From Lingula anatina (Eukaryota; Animalia; Brachiopoda), in the NCBI GenBank assembly GCA_051362555.1, contig CM120641.1:44832401-44896400 (forward strand): a stretch of DNA of 64,000 nt. Reading direction: 5' to 3'. Below, piece after piece: positions 12,201-25,188 of the stretch. The first letter of the stretch is position 1, and the number at the start of each line of letters is the position of its first letter. The notes below the pieces were generated by a model that worked only from the letters and a program-made list of their open reading frames with translations, was not told where the DNA came from and made no database searches. The position numbers and the translations under genes are program-made.

Positions 12201-12940
12201 CAAAACTGACAGTGGGTGTACCCCCTTGTTTGACCCAATGATCTATAAAACAAAATGTACAGCAAATAAATGCTAATTTTGGGCTCTGGTAAAGAAAATT
12301 AGTGTATCCATTTACTTAAAAATATTAAATTGTAAGTTTGTGTTTAGTAAATAAATGCTGCTTTTGGGCTCTGTGTATGGTGTGAAATCACAAGTGGGAT
12401 TACGTGAAACTTGGGTAGGTCTGAAAACGCTCCATGCCATCCATTGGCAGAGTCTCTGAAGCTGGTGTACCCCATTGACCAAATACCTTATTTTGTACAT
12501 CATTATTTTCTACTTTGTCTGTTCATTTCACAGCTTTGCTGCCTTGTTGTGATTTAAGTATTCTTGGTAGAAAGACAGAATTTTTATCTTTGTACTTTTA
12601 TAGGATTTTCACCCATTGTTTATACTAGTTACAAGAACCAAGTTTCAAGTTTCACGTGGCTGTTGTTGCTTTCTTATCAATTTATGATTTAGTACTGCAA
12701 AGTAATTTTGATAAATGTTTTTACTTTTATTATTTTTTCTACAAATATTTCAATTGGTTTGTAATTTTTTCTAGGGTTCCAGATGGTATCAAAGTTAAAC
12801 AGAAGATGTTATATGCATCTAGCAAAGAAGCAATAAAGGCTAAACTTGACGGAATCAAGGTTTATATTCAAGCAAGTGATTCCTCTGAGATTACAGAAGA
12901 AGCTGTTAGGGCCAAGTGCTTAGAGAAGTCATATCGTTGA
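9250..12940 (+). CDS. ADF/cofilin isoform B exon set (150 aa with the shared ATG at 3310-3312). Exons 9250-9400, 10432-10449, 11908-12022, 12775-12940
   Basis: Translation (M)SSMSGIKILPNVLEQYEKLQKKHELKYIIFKIGTPEGGKDDVIYVDCAEPSADKSQEEHYDDFLKKLQEKPGEGRYAVFDFDCGDNAVKIVFIAWVPDGIKVKQKMLYASSKEAIKAKLDGIKVYIQASDSSEITEEAVRAKCLEKSYR. Phase-0 acceptor tgtttccag at 9241-9249. Intron positions and phases match set A. Confidence 0.92.
9582..9828. mobile_element. Palindromic MITE (PIF/Harbinger-like), copy 1
   Basis: Nearly full-length fold-back (cactaaattgctatca / tgatagcaatttagtg; ctccctgg / ccagggag; ttccca / tgggaa). Homologous to 63096-63308. Confidence 0.75.
10620..11838. mobile_element. Degenerate non-autonomous DNA-transposon-like insertion in a cofilin B intron
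   Basis: Clustered subterminal ACTAGCCC/GGGCTAGT motifs at 10626-10653 and 11733-11820; perfect 14-bp hairpin 11540-11553/11561-11574; left terminus unclear. Confidence 0.45.
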
Positions 12941-13353
12941 ACTGTTCTTTTAAAGTGGCTGTGATCCAGGCACAGTGGGGAAACGTGCCCAGTACCTGGT
13001 GCAACGAACAATGAGACAGACCATCTTGAACAAAACAATCATGCCCAATAATACTTCAACTTGAGAAGCAACTGATATGTTTCTTCTTTCAAGCTGTTTA
13101 TGTTTTCAAATGTAAGAATAGAAATTTTTATCCAAGACGTTTATCTTCACCACGTACTGGTTGTCAACCACTAGCTACTGATCTTACGAGATCACATACA
13201 TTAAATGCTTAGTTGGACTTGGAAATCATTCATTGCAGCCCAAACTTTTTAATTGCATCCTCTTTGTTTTTGTGTTGAGTTTGTGATATCTAGATACATA
13301 CACATAATTTAAGCTATGACCTTTGGTGAAATTCCTCTTTTTCAAATTCCAGA

Positions 13354-13545
13354 AATAAATGTTTAGAAAGTGTTGGCAACCGATGCCATCTTGCACAATT
13401 ATCTTTCAATGAATCAATGAATTGCTAAATTCTATATTTAACTGGACAATTTGGTTCTTTGCTTCAAGGTACACTGCAAACATTAGGGAGTTGAGTGTGA
13501 GCATAACTGTAAAGAAATGCAATAAACTTGTGGTATTTGTCTTTC
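13354..13545 (+). terminator. Candidate poly(A) signals for cofilin isoform B
   Basis: AATAAA at 13354-13359 and 13521-13526; the second is followed by GT/T-rich sequence. Confidence 0.5.
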
Positions 13546-15882
13546 AATTTGTTAACAAATGTGGTCTCTAAATGAAAGAATATTTCAAGGGAGGGAGTGA
13601 ATTCCCAAACTGGAAGCACATTCGAGTAGGTAGGCGAGTAATAACCAATTTCTCTTTTTTGTATCTGAATATGAAAAGTGCACTAAAAATGTCCACAGAG
13701 TAAAATCTTTTTTTTTTCTCAAGTGTGCCCAAAATGTGTATAGCCCAGGTGCTGAGCTATTGAATGTCCTTATTTTTGTGTAGATTATTTCACAATTCCC
13801 TTACTTAAAAAATGTGAAAAGCAGGTGACCAATACGTCACTACAAATAGTATATATGCTGTTATCTCAGTGTTTTTAACTTTAAGAAAATAAGGCAGCCC
13901 CTCTGTTTTATGGACCTTGCACTGTGATTGGAGCAAAATGTAAATTTATGTTAAAGGTATCTCACACACACACACACACACACAAATAATGATAATAAAT
14001 TAAATTTGTCAACAAATAGTTCTCTGGCATCATGCAGAGATTCATTCTAACGCATTTGTATTGGCTTGACATCGTCATAAATATTGAAAAGCCTAACCCT
14101 CTGTATGACGACCCTTTCCTGTCTAGGCTTGTTGATAATTTTCCTCCACCTCTATGTACCAGCAAAGCCATTTTGGAAAATGTGACATAGACTACCTGTG
14201 TAGTACATGTATATTCATGACTGAGTTTAGACTAAAACAAGTCTTTACGATGGAGTAACTCTGGCGTAACTGTGATGGCATTAATTATGTCCTGTCGGTG
14301 CAACTGCTACCTGAAGTACAGAGCAGTGAATTGAAACCAAGCAGAATTGTGTCAAAAATTAGTCATTTTATTACCAAATTTTTTTTTTCAATAAGCAAAA
14401 AACAGTCCCAATGACATAAAACTACCAAGACCAGTCATCTTGGGTTGCCTCACACTTTAACAGGGCCACTTGTTAAGTGAAGACAATTCCAAGATAAAAG
14501 TCTGTACAATTAATTTTTCGTTGGGTGGAGCAAATTTGGAAGACATTGCTATAATACTAATTATATGAGCAGAACAACAAAGATAAAATGTACAGAATGT
14601 GCAGCATCAAACAACCCTGTCTTTGTGAGTTCTATATTTAAATGAGAGGAGAAAACTGCCAAAAAAGAAAGAGGCAAACATTATTGGAGCACCAATGGCC
14701 GAGCACAAACAATTCAACCACTGTTAAAATGACCATTCAGTTATGTACAAAGTATTGCAACCCCCTGGAATAGCTGGACTTTCCAGAACAGCTTGGTAGA
14801 GATTCGTATCATGTCTACAGAAAGTTAATTAGAAAAAAGAAATGAAATGTCTACTTCTCTTTACAAACTGCAAACTATAAAAAAAGAACTTGTGACAATA
14901 ATTAGCTATAGTTTTTCTGTCATTACATGAAACCCTACATCATTGTATACTGGTTATAAATACAATGCGTAAAATGTGTATCACAAGTCTACATCATTCT
15001 CTCACAGTGCGCTTTATATAAAATAAATACTTGTAAAAGATCACTGCAAATGTCTATAAGAAACTTGTGACGGGCAACAGGAACTAAAGCAAAACATCTC
15101 CAGTTCATAACCTAAACTTGAAAATAAGTTTTTTAAAATCTACTCTTAGGGTGATATTTAATTATTCAGTTAATAAAGGGAAAGTTTTCACAATCTCAGG
15201 TCTAGTAATATGCTAGGGAGTCATATGCATATTACATGCATCTGATAACAAAAAAAAAAAAAAAATGTATGTGAGTTAACTTCACTTTTCCCTCTGCTTT
15301 TCGTAATTCAAATTAAATAAATGTTCCAATAGTAATTTTCATCACTTTAAAATTAGCTTGGATCATCATCCCCGTCACTAGAAGAAGGAAATGAGCATTG
15401 TCCAGCACCTACACAATTCTAGAAATCCAAGTAGAAATGGTAGACTGGTTTCAGTCTGAACAAAGTCAATAACAAGGCTATACACATCAATCAAAATGTT
15501 GCTTCTATACACCATTGCACTTCATTAAATTGCAGGGATCATCACTTTTCTAGACAGCTCATGTAATGCTAAAATGTTAATCGATACATGATAATTGACA
15601 TTGAACTGTTTAATGTGCTAAAGTCTTGCTCTTTTTTTTTCGTTTTTTAATCCCTCTTGGGTCCAAGTTCACGCCTGCATGTGTTGATATCCTTGAATTT
15701 CTGTGATGACTGTAAAAACAAAATTTTTAGTTGCCCCAATCACATGTCAAGTGCTTGTGACAATGTGAAAGATGCATATTACAAATCAAAATCCATCAAT
15801 ATGAGGAAACTTGTTTCATCCTCAAGACTGATATGCCCATATGTCTAAAAACTTATCAATCTCAATAAATTTTTGTTTTTCA

Positions 15883-18800
15883 TCAGCTTCCTTGGGGTTC
15901 ATCCTCGTACTGTTTCCTGAAGCAGTCACCAACAGGGAAGAAGTCCCAACATCTCTGGTTATACAGCTCCCACACATAGGACTCCTATAATAATAATAAT
16001 AATAATTATAACTATTTTGAAAGCCATTTCTTATATATAACAACAAAACCATGTTATAGCCTAACTGTATTCTTTTCTACAAGCCATTGTAATTTCATTT
16101 CTCTCTCTCTCTCTCACTTTGTTTAAAGCAATAATAACTCTTTGTTTCGGCCAAAAAAGGGATTTTCCTGGAGTAAACAACAATTTTCCCATACTTACCA
16201 ATGGTTAATGAATCCATTTTTACATTCAAAATTAGTCCCTGGTTTTTTTCTAAAAAGTTTGGTTTTTTGTTAAAATCTCTTAAGAGATTTTAACAGAGTA
16301 TAGACATCAATGGAGGTCACGTGGTCTAAAGACAAGCTCAGATATCAGAATAAAAGCTATAACTGCTGTTTTTGTGGTAAAACAGAATATATTATATTTC
16401 TATGAGTTATTCACAAGGTTTTTATTGTGAAATATAGATCTCATACGAAGAGTTATTATCCCTTTAATTAATCAGCTCACAGATTCGCTCTAGCCTTTTC
16501 AACTTAAAACTGTGTGTATAAATATATTTATATATGTAAAGATTTCCATAAAAGACCCTATTCTGCCACTACAACCCCACCTGGCCAGTGTATTCTGTAT
16601 CAGGTTTATTGATCAAGTGCATCAGGAAGAACCTGTAAGGAGAAATCATGTCACTGTCATTTTAGATCAAGTCAAACCAAATTGTATTTAAATAATTTAA
16701 AAACACCAAGTATAAGAAGGAAATTGTATTGCCATGAAAGTTTTTTAACTGCAAAAAAACACCATGAAATATTAAAATGAGAAAAAGATACAATATGTTT
16801 GATAAATTGGTTAACTACATGTAACTTACAATTATCAAACACAAACTAAAGATAACTTATGATAAAAGTAAAAGACAAAGAATTTACTCACATATAGTTG
16901 GCAAAGTTATGCTCATTCATGACATGCTGTTCAAAACCATGGGGCACCTTGTCAAAGTATTCTTTACCAATCCCACATATGAAGCACTTGGACTGGAAGG
17001 AGAAGTTTAACTCATTTATGAATTATGCTTATATATTTTTTCAAGGGGTCACTTGTTGCACTTTAATAGTATTCAATTTTTCCCTTACCTTACTTTTTCA
17101 AATAGCCTGGCTGTCTGTAATGTATTTTTATGGTAATGTGAATTAGGCATCTATGTATCACAAAAATGTAATTTTCTGCATAATTTAACTCAAAATTAAA
17201 GGTATTTCTATTGCATTCCTCCTCACAGTTTGGCCTTGAGCATCCTACACATGCAATATACAGGGGGGGGGGGGGGGGGGGATGGAGGCCATCTTCTGGG
17301 TCTTCCGGAAGACTTTCAAGTTTACATTGACATGTATCATATGTCGGAAGATGGTCAAAAATGCAGGATGACTCAACTAAGATAACTTGAAAGACAATCA
17401 GAAAATATCTATGGATCTGCTCCTGATACAATCACCAGTGCTTACGTACCTCCATATCTTCCTTGACCTGTTCCAACTGGTCTCTCAACTCACCAAAGGC
17501 ATCAATGATCAAACCTGAAATTAGTGCAAGATCATGTTAATTATTTAACATTTTAAGAAAAAAATTTAACTTGTGTTGTGCTCAATAATAATACTTGCTT
17601 ATGAAAACTATCATTTTATTAAACAAACCAAATAGCTAACAAACTAAACTGACAAATTTTAGTTAAATGTTAGATATACTCCATTTTGACAAAAAAATAT
17701 ATTTCCATGATTTTACCAATGATTTATCATCGAGTAACTGCCGATTTTCTGATTTGGTAAAAACACCGAGCTATTGACTAAATGGTACTTTTTCTAATGT
17801 GGTATGCTCTGCACTGAACCTACCCTGCATGATAGCCAGCAGAATGACAATAACAAAGAAGAAGAAAGTGATGTCAAACAGGATACGGTACACTTCGTAT
17901 GGGTCGCCATCTGGGGCCTCGATCTCATCACCTGCAACAAGGACAGGATAGTTAATAATACCAGGAATACTGGACTCAGACATATAGGAGTGACTCCTGC
18001 ATATGTACCACCAGCAAACACCTTTTGGCAGTACTCTAAAGACATGATTTATGTCTTGAACATCTCAACAAATGTCAAAAGAATTTTTGTAAACAAAAAT
18101 CAAATGATATGTAATATTATCTGTACTTACCAATGCCACCCCCAGCACGGACCCCCACATACAAGTGGAAGATGAAACACTGAAAAAGATACAGATAATT
18201 ATGAAATATGCCAAGCTGTATTTTTTTTCATCACTGGCATAGAACAAAAATTTACCATTTCAGGTCTTTAACTTGAGTGCAGAAATTGTAAATAAGTATT
18301 TTCAGATGTCCCTAAAAAATTTAATACATTATTCTTTAATTTCACATGAAAATTTGATAAATTAATAATGAAGAAACAAAATGAGATTTAATCCTTCAGA
18401 AGATTTATGTTTTTCACACAAAAAATCTTTATTCAAGTAAAATGAAACTCATTTCACTGTACAGCAGGCAGTCTCAACCAAATCTAAACTTACCGTCAAC
18501 ATGTCCTGACACTTGTAATCCTTTTCTCCATCTTCTTCTTTCGCGTAGAATTGACGGAAGAAGTTGAAAGCTATCACAGTATACACATACACAACCACGA
18601 TAGTCAACATCACTGTGAGCACCAACTGGAAATAAATGTATCACTGTATGCTTGCTTCTGATTAATTAAATATTTAATGGTGCCATTTTCCATTATCCGG
18701 ATTTTAATTGCATTGCCAATTGGTTAAGCTCAAACTTCATTTGGGGTTGTATATTGGCAAAAATTCAATTGACTTGAACTGACCATGCTAGTATTCATCA

Positions 18801-21800
18801 ATCATGCTGTGTTTGAAGTACATGTATATGCTGATAAGACATTTTTCTTGTTACTTTATACTTTTCGAACAAAAGTAAAGGGCAAATAGCTAAGTTTCAG
18901 CAAATAAAGAGTAAACAGTGGCTCTGCATTAAAATATCCTAAAAAAATATTCAAACAGCTTGCAGTCAAGGTCCCTACCTGCTTTCCATTGTGAGTTACT
19001 GACTGCAGGATGGTGCTGAGGGCCTTAATGCCAATGGCTAAATCCAACAGATGGGCGGCAAAGAAGAAATAGTTAAAATTCCCAAGGACGGAGAACAGGC
19101 AGAAACACAGCAGATATAAGAAAGACTGGAAAATAATAAAATGGCCAAATGTTAGTGGATCTCTATCAGGGAAACATTTGTCATATCAAAGTTGGAAATA
19201 AATACCATAAATATGTTTGTACTACAAAATGTTATTCTGTAAACTAAATTGTATTTTAATAAATACCATAAATATGTTTGTACTACAAAATGTTATTCTG
19301 TAAACTAAATTGTATTTTTAACTTATAACATCACAGAATTAAAGCTGCACTATGACATATCTGTTAGTGGATAAATGGGCATTCTATATGCTTATACTTT
19401 ATTACCTTATTGTATGTGGCAAACACTGTGGTTTAAACATACACATAGTATTATTTTTAAGATCATATTAGATACCAGCAGAACAAATCTTACATTGTCA
19501 GTAAAAATGACCCCCCACTTCCAAATGTGATACTGCCAGTCAACACCTTGTAGAAAATGTGGCAGGAAGCGGGACTTGGGCTGCTCCTGGTGAGCATCTT
19601 TGCCAGGAATTGTGGAGCCTTTCTCCATCCCCAGCAGGTTGCTGATCTCGTCAAAGTCAAACTGTTCACAGTACTTATTGCGGACCTATGAAACATGAAA
19701 GTTGTACAAATAAGAATATTTTTTCTCATTACTTAAGTTATCTAAAAACATTTTGCCCACATTTTTTTACAATAGACAAAATTTTATCTAACTAAACTTC
19801 TTTACCAGTACAGGTAAAAAAAATTGTGCCAGCTATTCAGTTTCTCTCTCCCAATTCATCTTACAGTCAGAAACTTACAAATTAGCATTAATAACACAAT
19901 TTTTCATTCATGCAGAAATTTTTTTGTTAATAAAAAATTCAATTAAAAGTAAAAACCAATGGAGTCTTTTTCTCAACTAAAAACGAGCAAGGTACCTTCT
20001 TCTTCACGAACTTGTCCCAGTAGCTCTCTGGAAAGGAGGCTGTGCTTAACACCAGTTTATCCCAGTGGCTCTTGATGTCATCCTCACTGGGTTGTTCTGC
20101 TATCCACATGCCTTCAAATTCCAACTTGCGAGCAATCTCTTTTTCACGTTTGAAGATAACTAGTGGTACCTGCAAAATTACATTGGTCAGTACTATGTAT
20201 ACAAAATGATATGTACTTCTGCAAATTACCTTACTTTGTTATGTTCAATTATTGGAATACAAAAACTGATTCTCTCTGTTGACCGAAGAAGCTATCACAT
20301 TAATGCAATGGTAGTATGCATACAACAAGAGAAGAAAAAAATATTTCATATGTTTTTTTTACACTAAAAGCCATCAGGTTTGATCAACAATACCCATTTC
20401 ATTATTTAAATATAACCCTGCATGAGAATTTGATGGGTAAGAAAATGACAAGGGAATCCCTGATTTACTTCTTATATGAGCCAGTACTGGACACATTTAT
20501 ATAGTACAGAGTATGTCTAATGGCAATTCAACATCTGTGCACCAAGTATTACCTTTAAGCAGTAGTATGCAATAGCATCAGATATTACAGGGTACAACTA
20601 ATGGCAATTCTGTGACCAAGTATTACCTTTAAGCAGTAGTATGCAATAGCGATGGAGAAGGACACAATGGTATGGGCCAGGGCACACAACTGGACCACAG
20701 GCAACAAATAGTACAAAGTGCTGGCCATGGTGATCCACTCCTCAAACTCCTCCTCACTGGGTTCTTCTCCTCCCTCCTCTCCCTCTGTAGCATTCACAGC
20801 TGCCTCGGCCATATCATTACCAACATCCTCACCAGCAATAGGCACCTTCACCACCTAGTAAGAAAAATAACTTTTAATTTTTATCCTTTCAAAACTTTTG
20901 GGTATCAGATTTGAGTGATAAATGTTACATCTAGTTGATGCTTTGCTTTGTATGAATAAATTCATGTATTCCGCTGAAAGGATCCCATGAAACAGTAGCT
21001 TGTAGACCCAATGAGGAAAGAAAAATATCTGTCTGTTTCTAGAGCACTAAAAGATATATCAGGTTTTAGCAACTATTTTCTTTTAAGTCAACCAGAAGTC
21101 CCTGTAAAAAAGACACCTAGTCATAACAATCATAATGACAGAGATTTTAAGTCCAAGTATGGATTTATAAAGTATGCACATTTTCTCTCAACAACTTATA
21201 CCAGTGGGAAATTAACCTCCAGAATTTGACAGTCAAGAATAATGATTTAATGACTTCTAATTCACTACTCAGATTAGAAAATTTGGACACTTTCCAACCT
21301 ATTCAAAGCTCCAACCCCTTACTTGCCCAAGAAACTCATCACATAGGATTAAGGCAGCTGAAGTGTTTCAAGAGAATAACTGGTCAATTCCAAAATATTC
21401 ACTTTGGTATTATGATGAAATTAAGAACTTAAATGAAGCCCATGAAATAATTAGATAACAAAAAATAATCACCTGATAAAACAACAGCACAAAGTTGATG
21501 ATGAAGGCCAGCACCAGGGCAGCAAACTTGAAATTGTAGAAATTTCTTGCAAACCAACCCTGAAAGAAATAATGATCAAATAGTTAAAATCATGGCAGAA
21601 TACCTACGCACACAAATAACAGTAAATCATTGTATTAATAGCAGTGGAAAAGTAGACTATCAGGCATTTGAAATGAACATATTTCTTTTTATGCATTAAG
21701 CAATATGAAGGGTGAAATCTTTATAATGTGCATCAAAACCAACTGTTCTACTTACAAGAACAAAGTTGCCATATTCTGTTCCTTTGATCTCGTATGGCAG

Positions 21801-24800
21801 CTCATCGTCTTTTGCTTGCTTCCGTTTGTCAGTCACATCTTCACCACTGGCATGTTCACCACTGATATAATATAATATAATATAATATAATATAATATAA
21901 TATAATATAATATAATATAATATAATATAATATAATATAATATAATATAATATAATATAATATAATATAAAAATTACCATGCGATTATTCTACATTTTCC
22001 CTCAATCATTTGGAGACCCTACTGACACAACTTCCTTCAAATAAGTATATATTGATGTAGTTTAAAAGCATATCTGTATAAGAATATTATCTTGTATCAT
22101 ATTATAACTGTAACTGTACCCTGCTGGAGCATCATGTGGTGGTTTCTTCTGGTGGAAGGCATCATACTGGTCACCATGTGTGCCTCCATAAGCAGGTTCC
22201 CCAGCGCGGATCCCGTTCTGCTTGGGCTGCAGGTGGTCAGCCATCTCTCCCTCACTCATATCCAGACTGGACTCTGGGGTGGTCTGAGCCAGGTGCCGCT
22301 GGCTAGCGGACAGAGAATATCTACAATAGAGAATATGTGTGAGAGATACATAAGAGGCATTGGTCCTGCCTTTTCCTGTTCTTAAGGTGCTGCCTCAGTG
22401 AGATGGCTTTTTTTAAATAATAATTTTCAGCACCAGAAAGCACAAAATATATAAATAATTATAATATCTCAAAAATTTAAAAAACACATTCCGTTTTTTA
22501 AGATAAATATGATCTTACTTAGTTCAATAATCTTTCAATAGATTTCATAATCATAAAAAAATCTTAAAGATTTTTTAAACTCAGAGTTATTTTCCTTCAC
22601 AGAATATTTTTCAGTGCTAGATTGGAACAAAAATGTGCAAACTCCCTTACTCGACTCCAACATCTGTCTCTTCCCTGTGGATATCCAGCCCAAACACCCT
22701 GTACTGCTCAGGGTCTTCTCCCGCCATTTCTGCTTCTCTTCCCAGCTGTTTTCCTGGACCTGGTCTGGCCTTCTCTCCTTCCAGTGCCAGCGGGCTGGCG
22801 TAGGGCAGGGCCTTATGGGATACGTCCTTGGAGGGCAGATCGCCACCTTGGTCACCCATCATCATCGCTATCACCCACTTCCCTAGCATCCTAAAATCAA
22901 TTTGAATTACTGAATGTCTGATACAATAGTCATTACTTAATTAATGATTGGCATTCATATAGAAGCTTAATTGAAATCTCTAAAATGATTTAAATGTTAT
23001 CACTAAAATCGTAACATTTTGTACTTATTTATATAAATGTATCATTTCATTACTTCTGTTTTTCATGTAGGTCTATACATAAAATTTATTATACATGTAT
23101 CATTAACCACATGCACATGATGGTAAACCTAAATATAAAATTTGTTTATTTCTAAATAATTAAAACTATAAACAATAACTCACCACACAATGTGGAACAT
23201 GAGTGTCATTATTGCCAAGACAGCCTTGGCACCAAGCTTCATCAGGGCTAATAACATCTCTGAAAATGTCATCCCTTTCACTGTTTGATAACCATGTTTG
23301 ATATTAGCCCAAGAGAAGAAGGACAGGAAGAGTAAAATGCCATCCTTCAGCATTGAGAAGCCAGTTTTCACAGCATTTATAGCCCTGTAATTGACAGAAA
23401 AAAATAGTGTATATTTCAACTTGATATATTTTTTCTAAACGGGTACTATAGAATAGTAAGACTCTTCAATACTCCACTTTTTATTATTGTCATTTTTCTC
23501 ATGTAATTACCAGTAATATATAAATCTATACCTATAACTGATAATATTAATTTTTAAGAAATCTTAAAATGTCACTTTATAGCAAAACACGTGATAACTT
23601 TAAACAAATATTTTCATTAGGCAGACACCAAATCTAATATTGATTAAGTCAATTGTATTGGATCGGTGGTTAATGTTCCAGACTAGTATTACATGTAGTT
23701 TGATAAGTTAACATGCCACATCACTTACACAGCCCCCTGTTCCTCAGGCAACCCAGCTTCCTTCCTCAGTGCTGCCGCTGTTGCCATTTGCGCCATCTGT
23801 TCTTCTGCACTGATACTAGTGGCATGTTGCATCTGAGAGGTCAAATAATATTATGGGATATAAGACTTGCAGGTAAAAATACAGGATTGACAGCACAACA
23901 GAAATCAAAATACATATATTATATCAATAATAATTTTAATATGACACCTTTATGACACCTGATACTAAAACTTCCTAGATTATATATATATAGATCGATG
24001 CATGAGTTGGCAACCTTGATAACAATCACTTAAAATATGCTTCCAAGAAAAAGTGGAACTTTACAGGTTAATGGACAGAATGGGGCAAAACCAACATTTT
24101 AAACAGAATGCTTGTCAAATAAAAGCATCAAAAACCAATGTTGTAGCAATTCTACAGATGGCTTCAATAGAAAATCTGATTAGCTGTATATTCATTCTAA
24201 AATCTATCATATTGGATCCATGACAGCATATCTTGTTGCAAGTTTGATTACCTCAAAAATGGTGTCCTCACAAAAGTTAACAAAGGACTCTAGCTTCTCT
24301 TTGTCACCTCCCTCATTGACCACACTGTGCAGGAAAGAACGCTTGGATTCCTAGACAAATACAGTGTAATTATGTATATATATAAACATACAAAATTTTA
24401 CCTAATCCTACAGAAGAAAAAGAGTTAATTTCTGTTTAAATGATTAGCAAGTGATGTTTTTGAAGATCAAAATCCCAAAGAAAAAAACTTAAGCTCTTTA
24501 AATCAGTTAATAGACATGAAAAGGAAGCGGTTGTTTGCATTGAAGTCAAGGGAAAACAAAACGTTTTAATTTTTTAAAATAATTATAAAAATATTCTACC
24601 TTAATCTGTGGCTTCTCCCACTGGTCTATATGAGACTGTTTTATTTCAAAGTAGACTCTCTCAATTCTGCCACTGCTGCCCAGAATCTCAATCCTGCCCA
24701 GATACATGCCAAAGTAATCCAGAACTGGTTTGGCTCTCTCCATCAATCTGGCCAACCTGAGAAAATGTTCAAATAGTATATCTCAGTAATCACACAAAAT

Positions 24801-25117
24801 ACATATGAAAATAATTTTTGTTCTTCTTAAATAGTGCTAAAACTCATTTATATCTGGGTTGTTGGAAGCTCATGATACAGTTATATGTAAAAATAAGTTT
24901 TTCCCTGCATGGTTTAAGGGCACATGATTTAAATCACCATCAAGTTGTAAGTGTGAAAAAGACACCAATTTAGTCCAGGTATCATCACTCTGATAGATTC
25001 TGATGGTTATTTTCTATTTCTACACTTAATTTTTTTTACTTCAAATAGAACAGCATCAAAAAGATGTTAACTTCATGTGTATATCTACCCTGGCCATGAA
25101 TCAATCCCTTAACCACC

Positions 25118-25188
<71 letters not shown>

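Noticed and set aside
12940-15883. Functional link between tail-to-tail cofilin and RyR (both muscle-related)
   Set aside because: Candidate poly(A) signals (+13521; -14367) do not overlap, and adjacency alone is not evidence.
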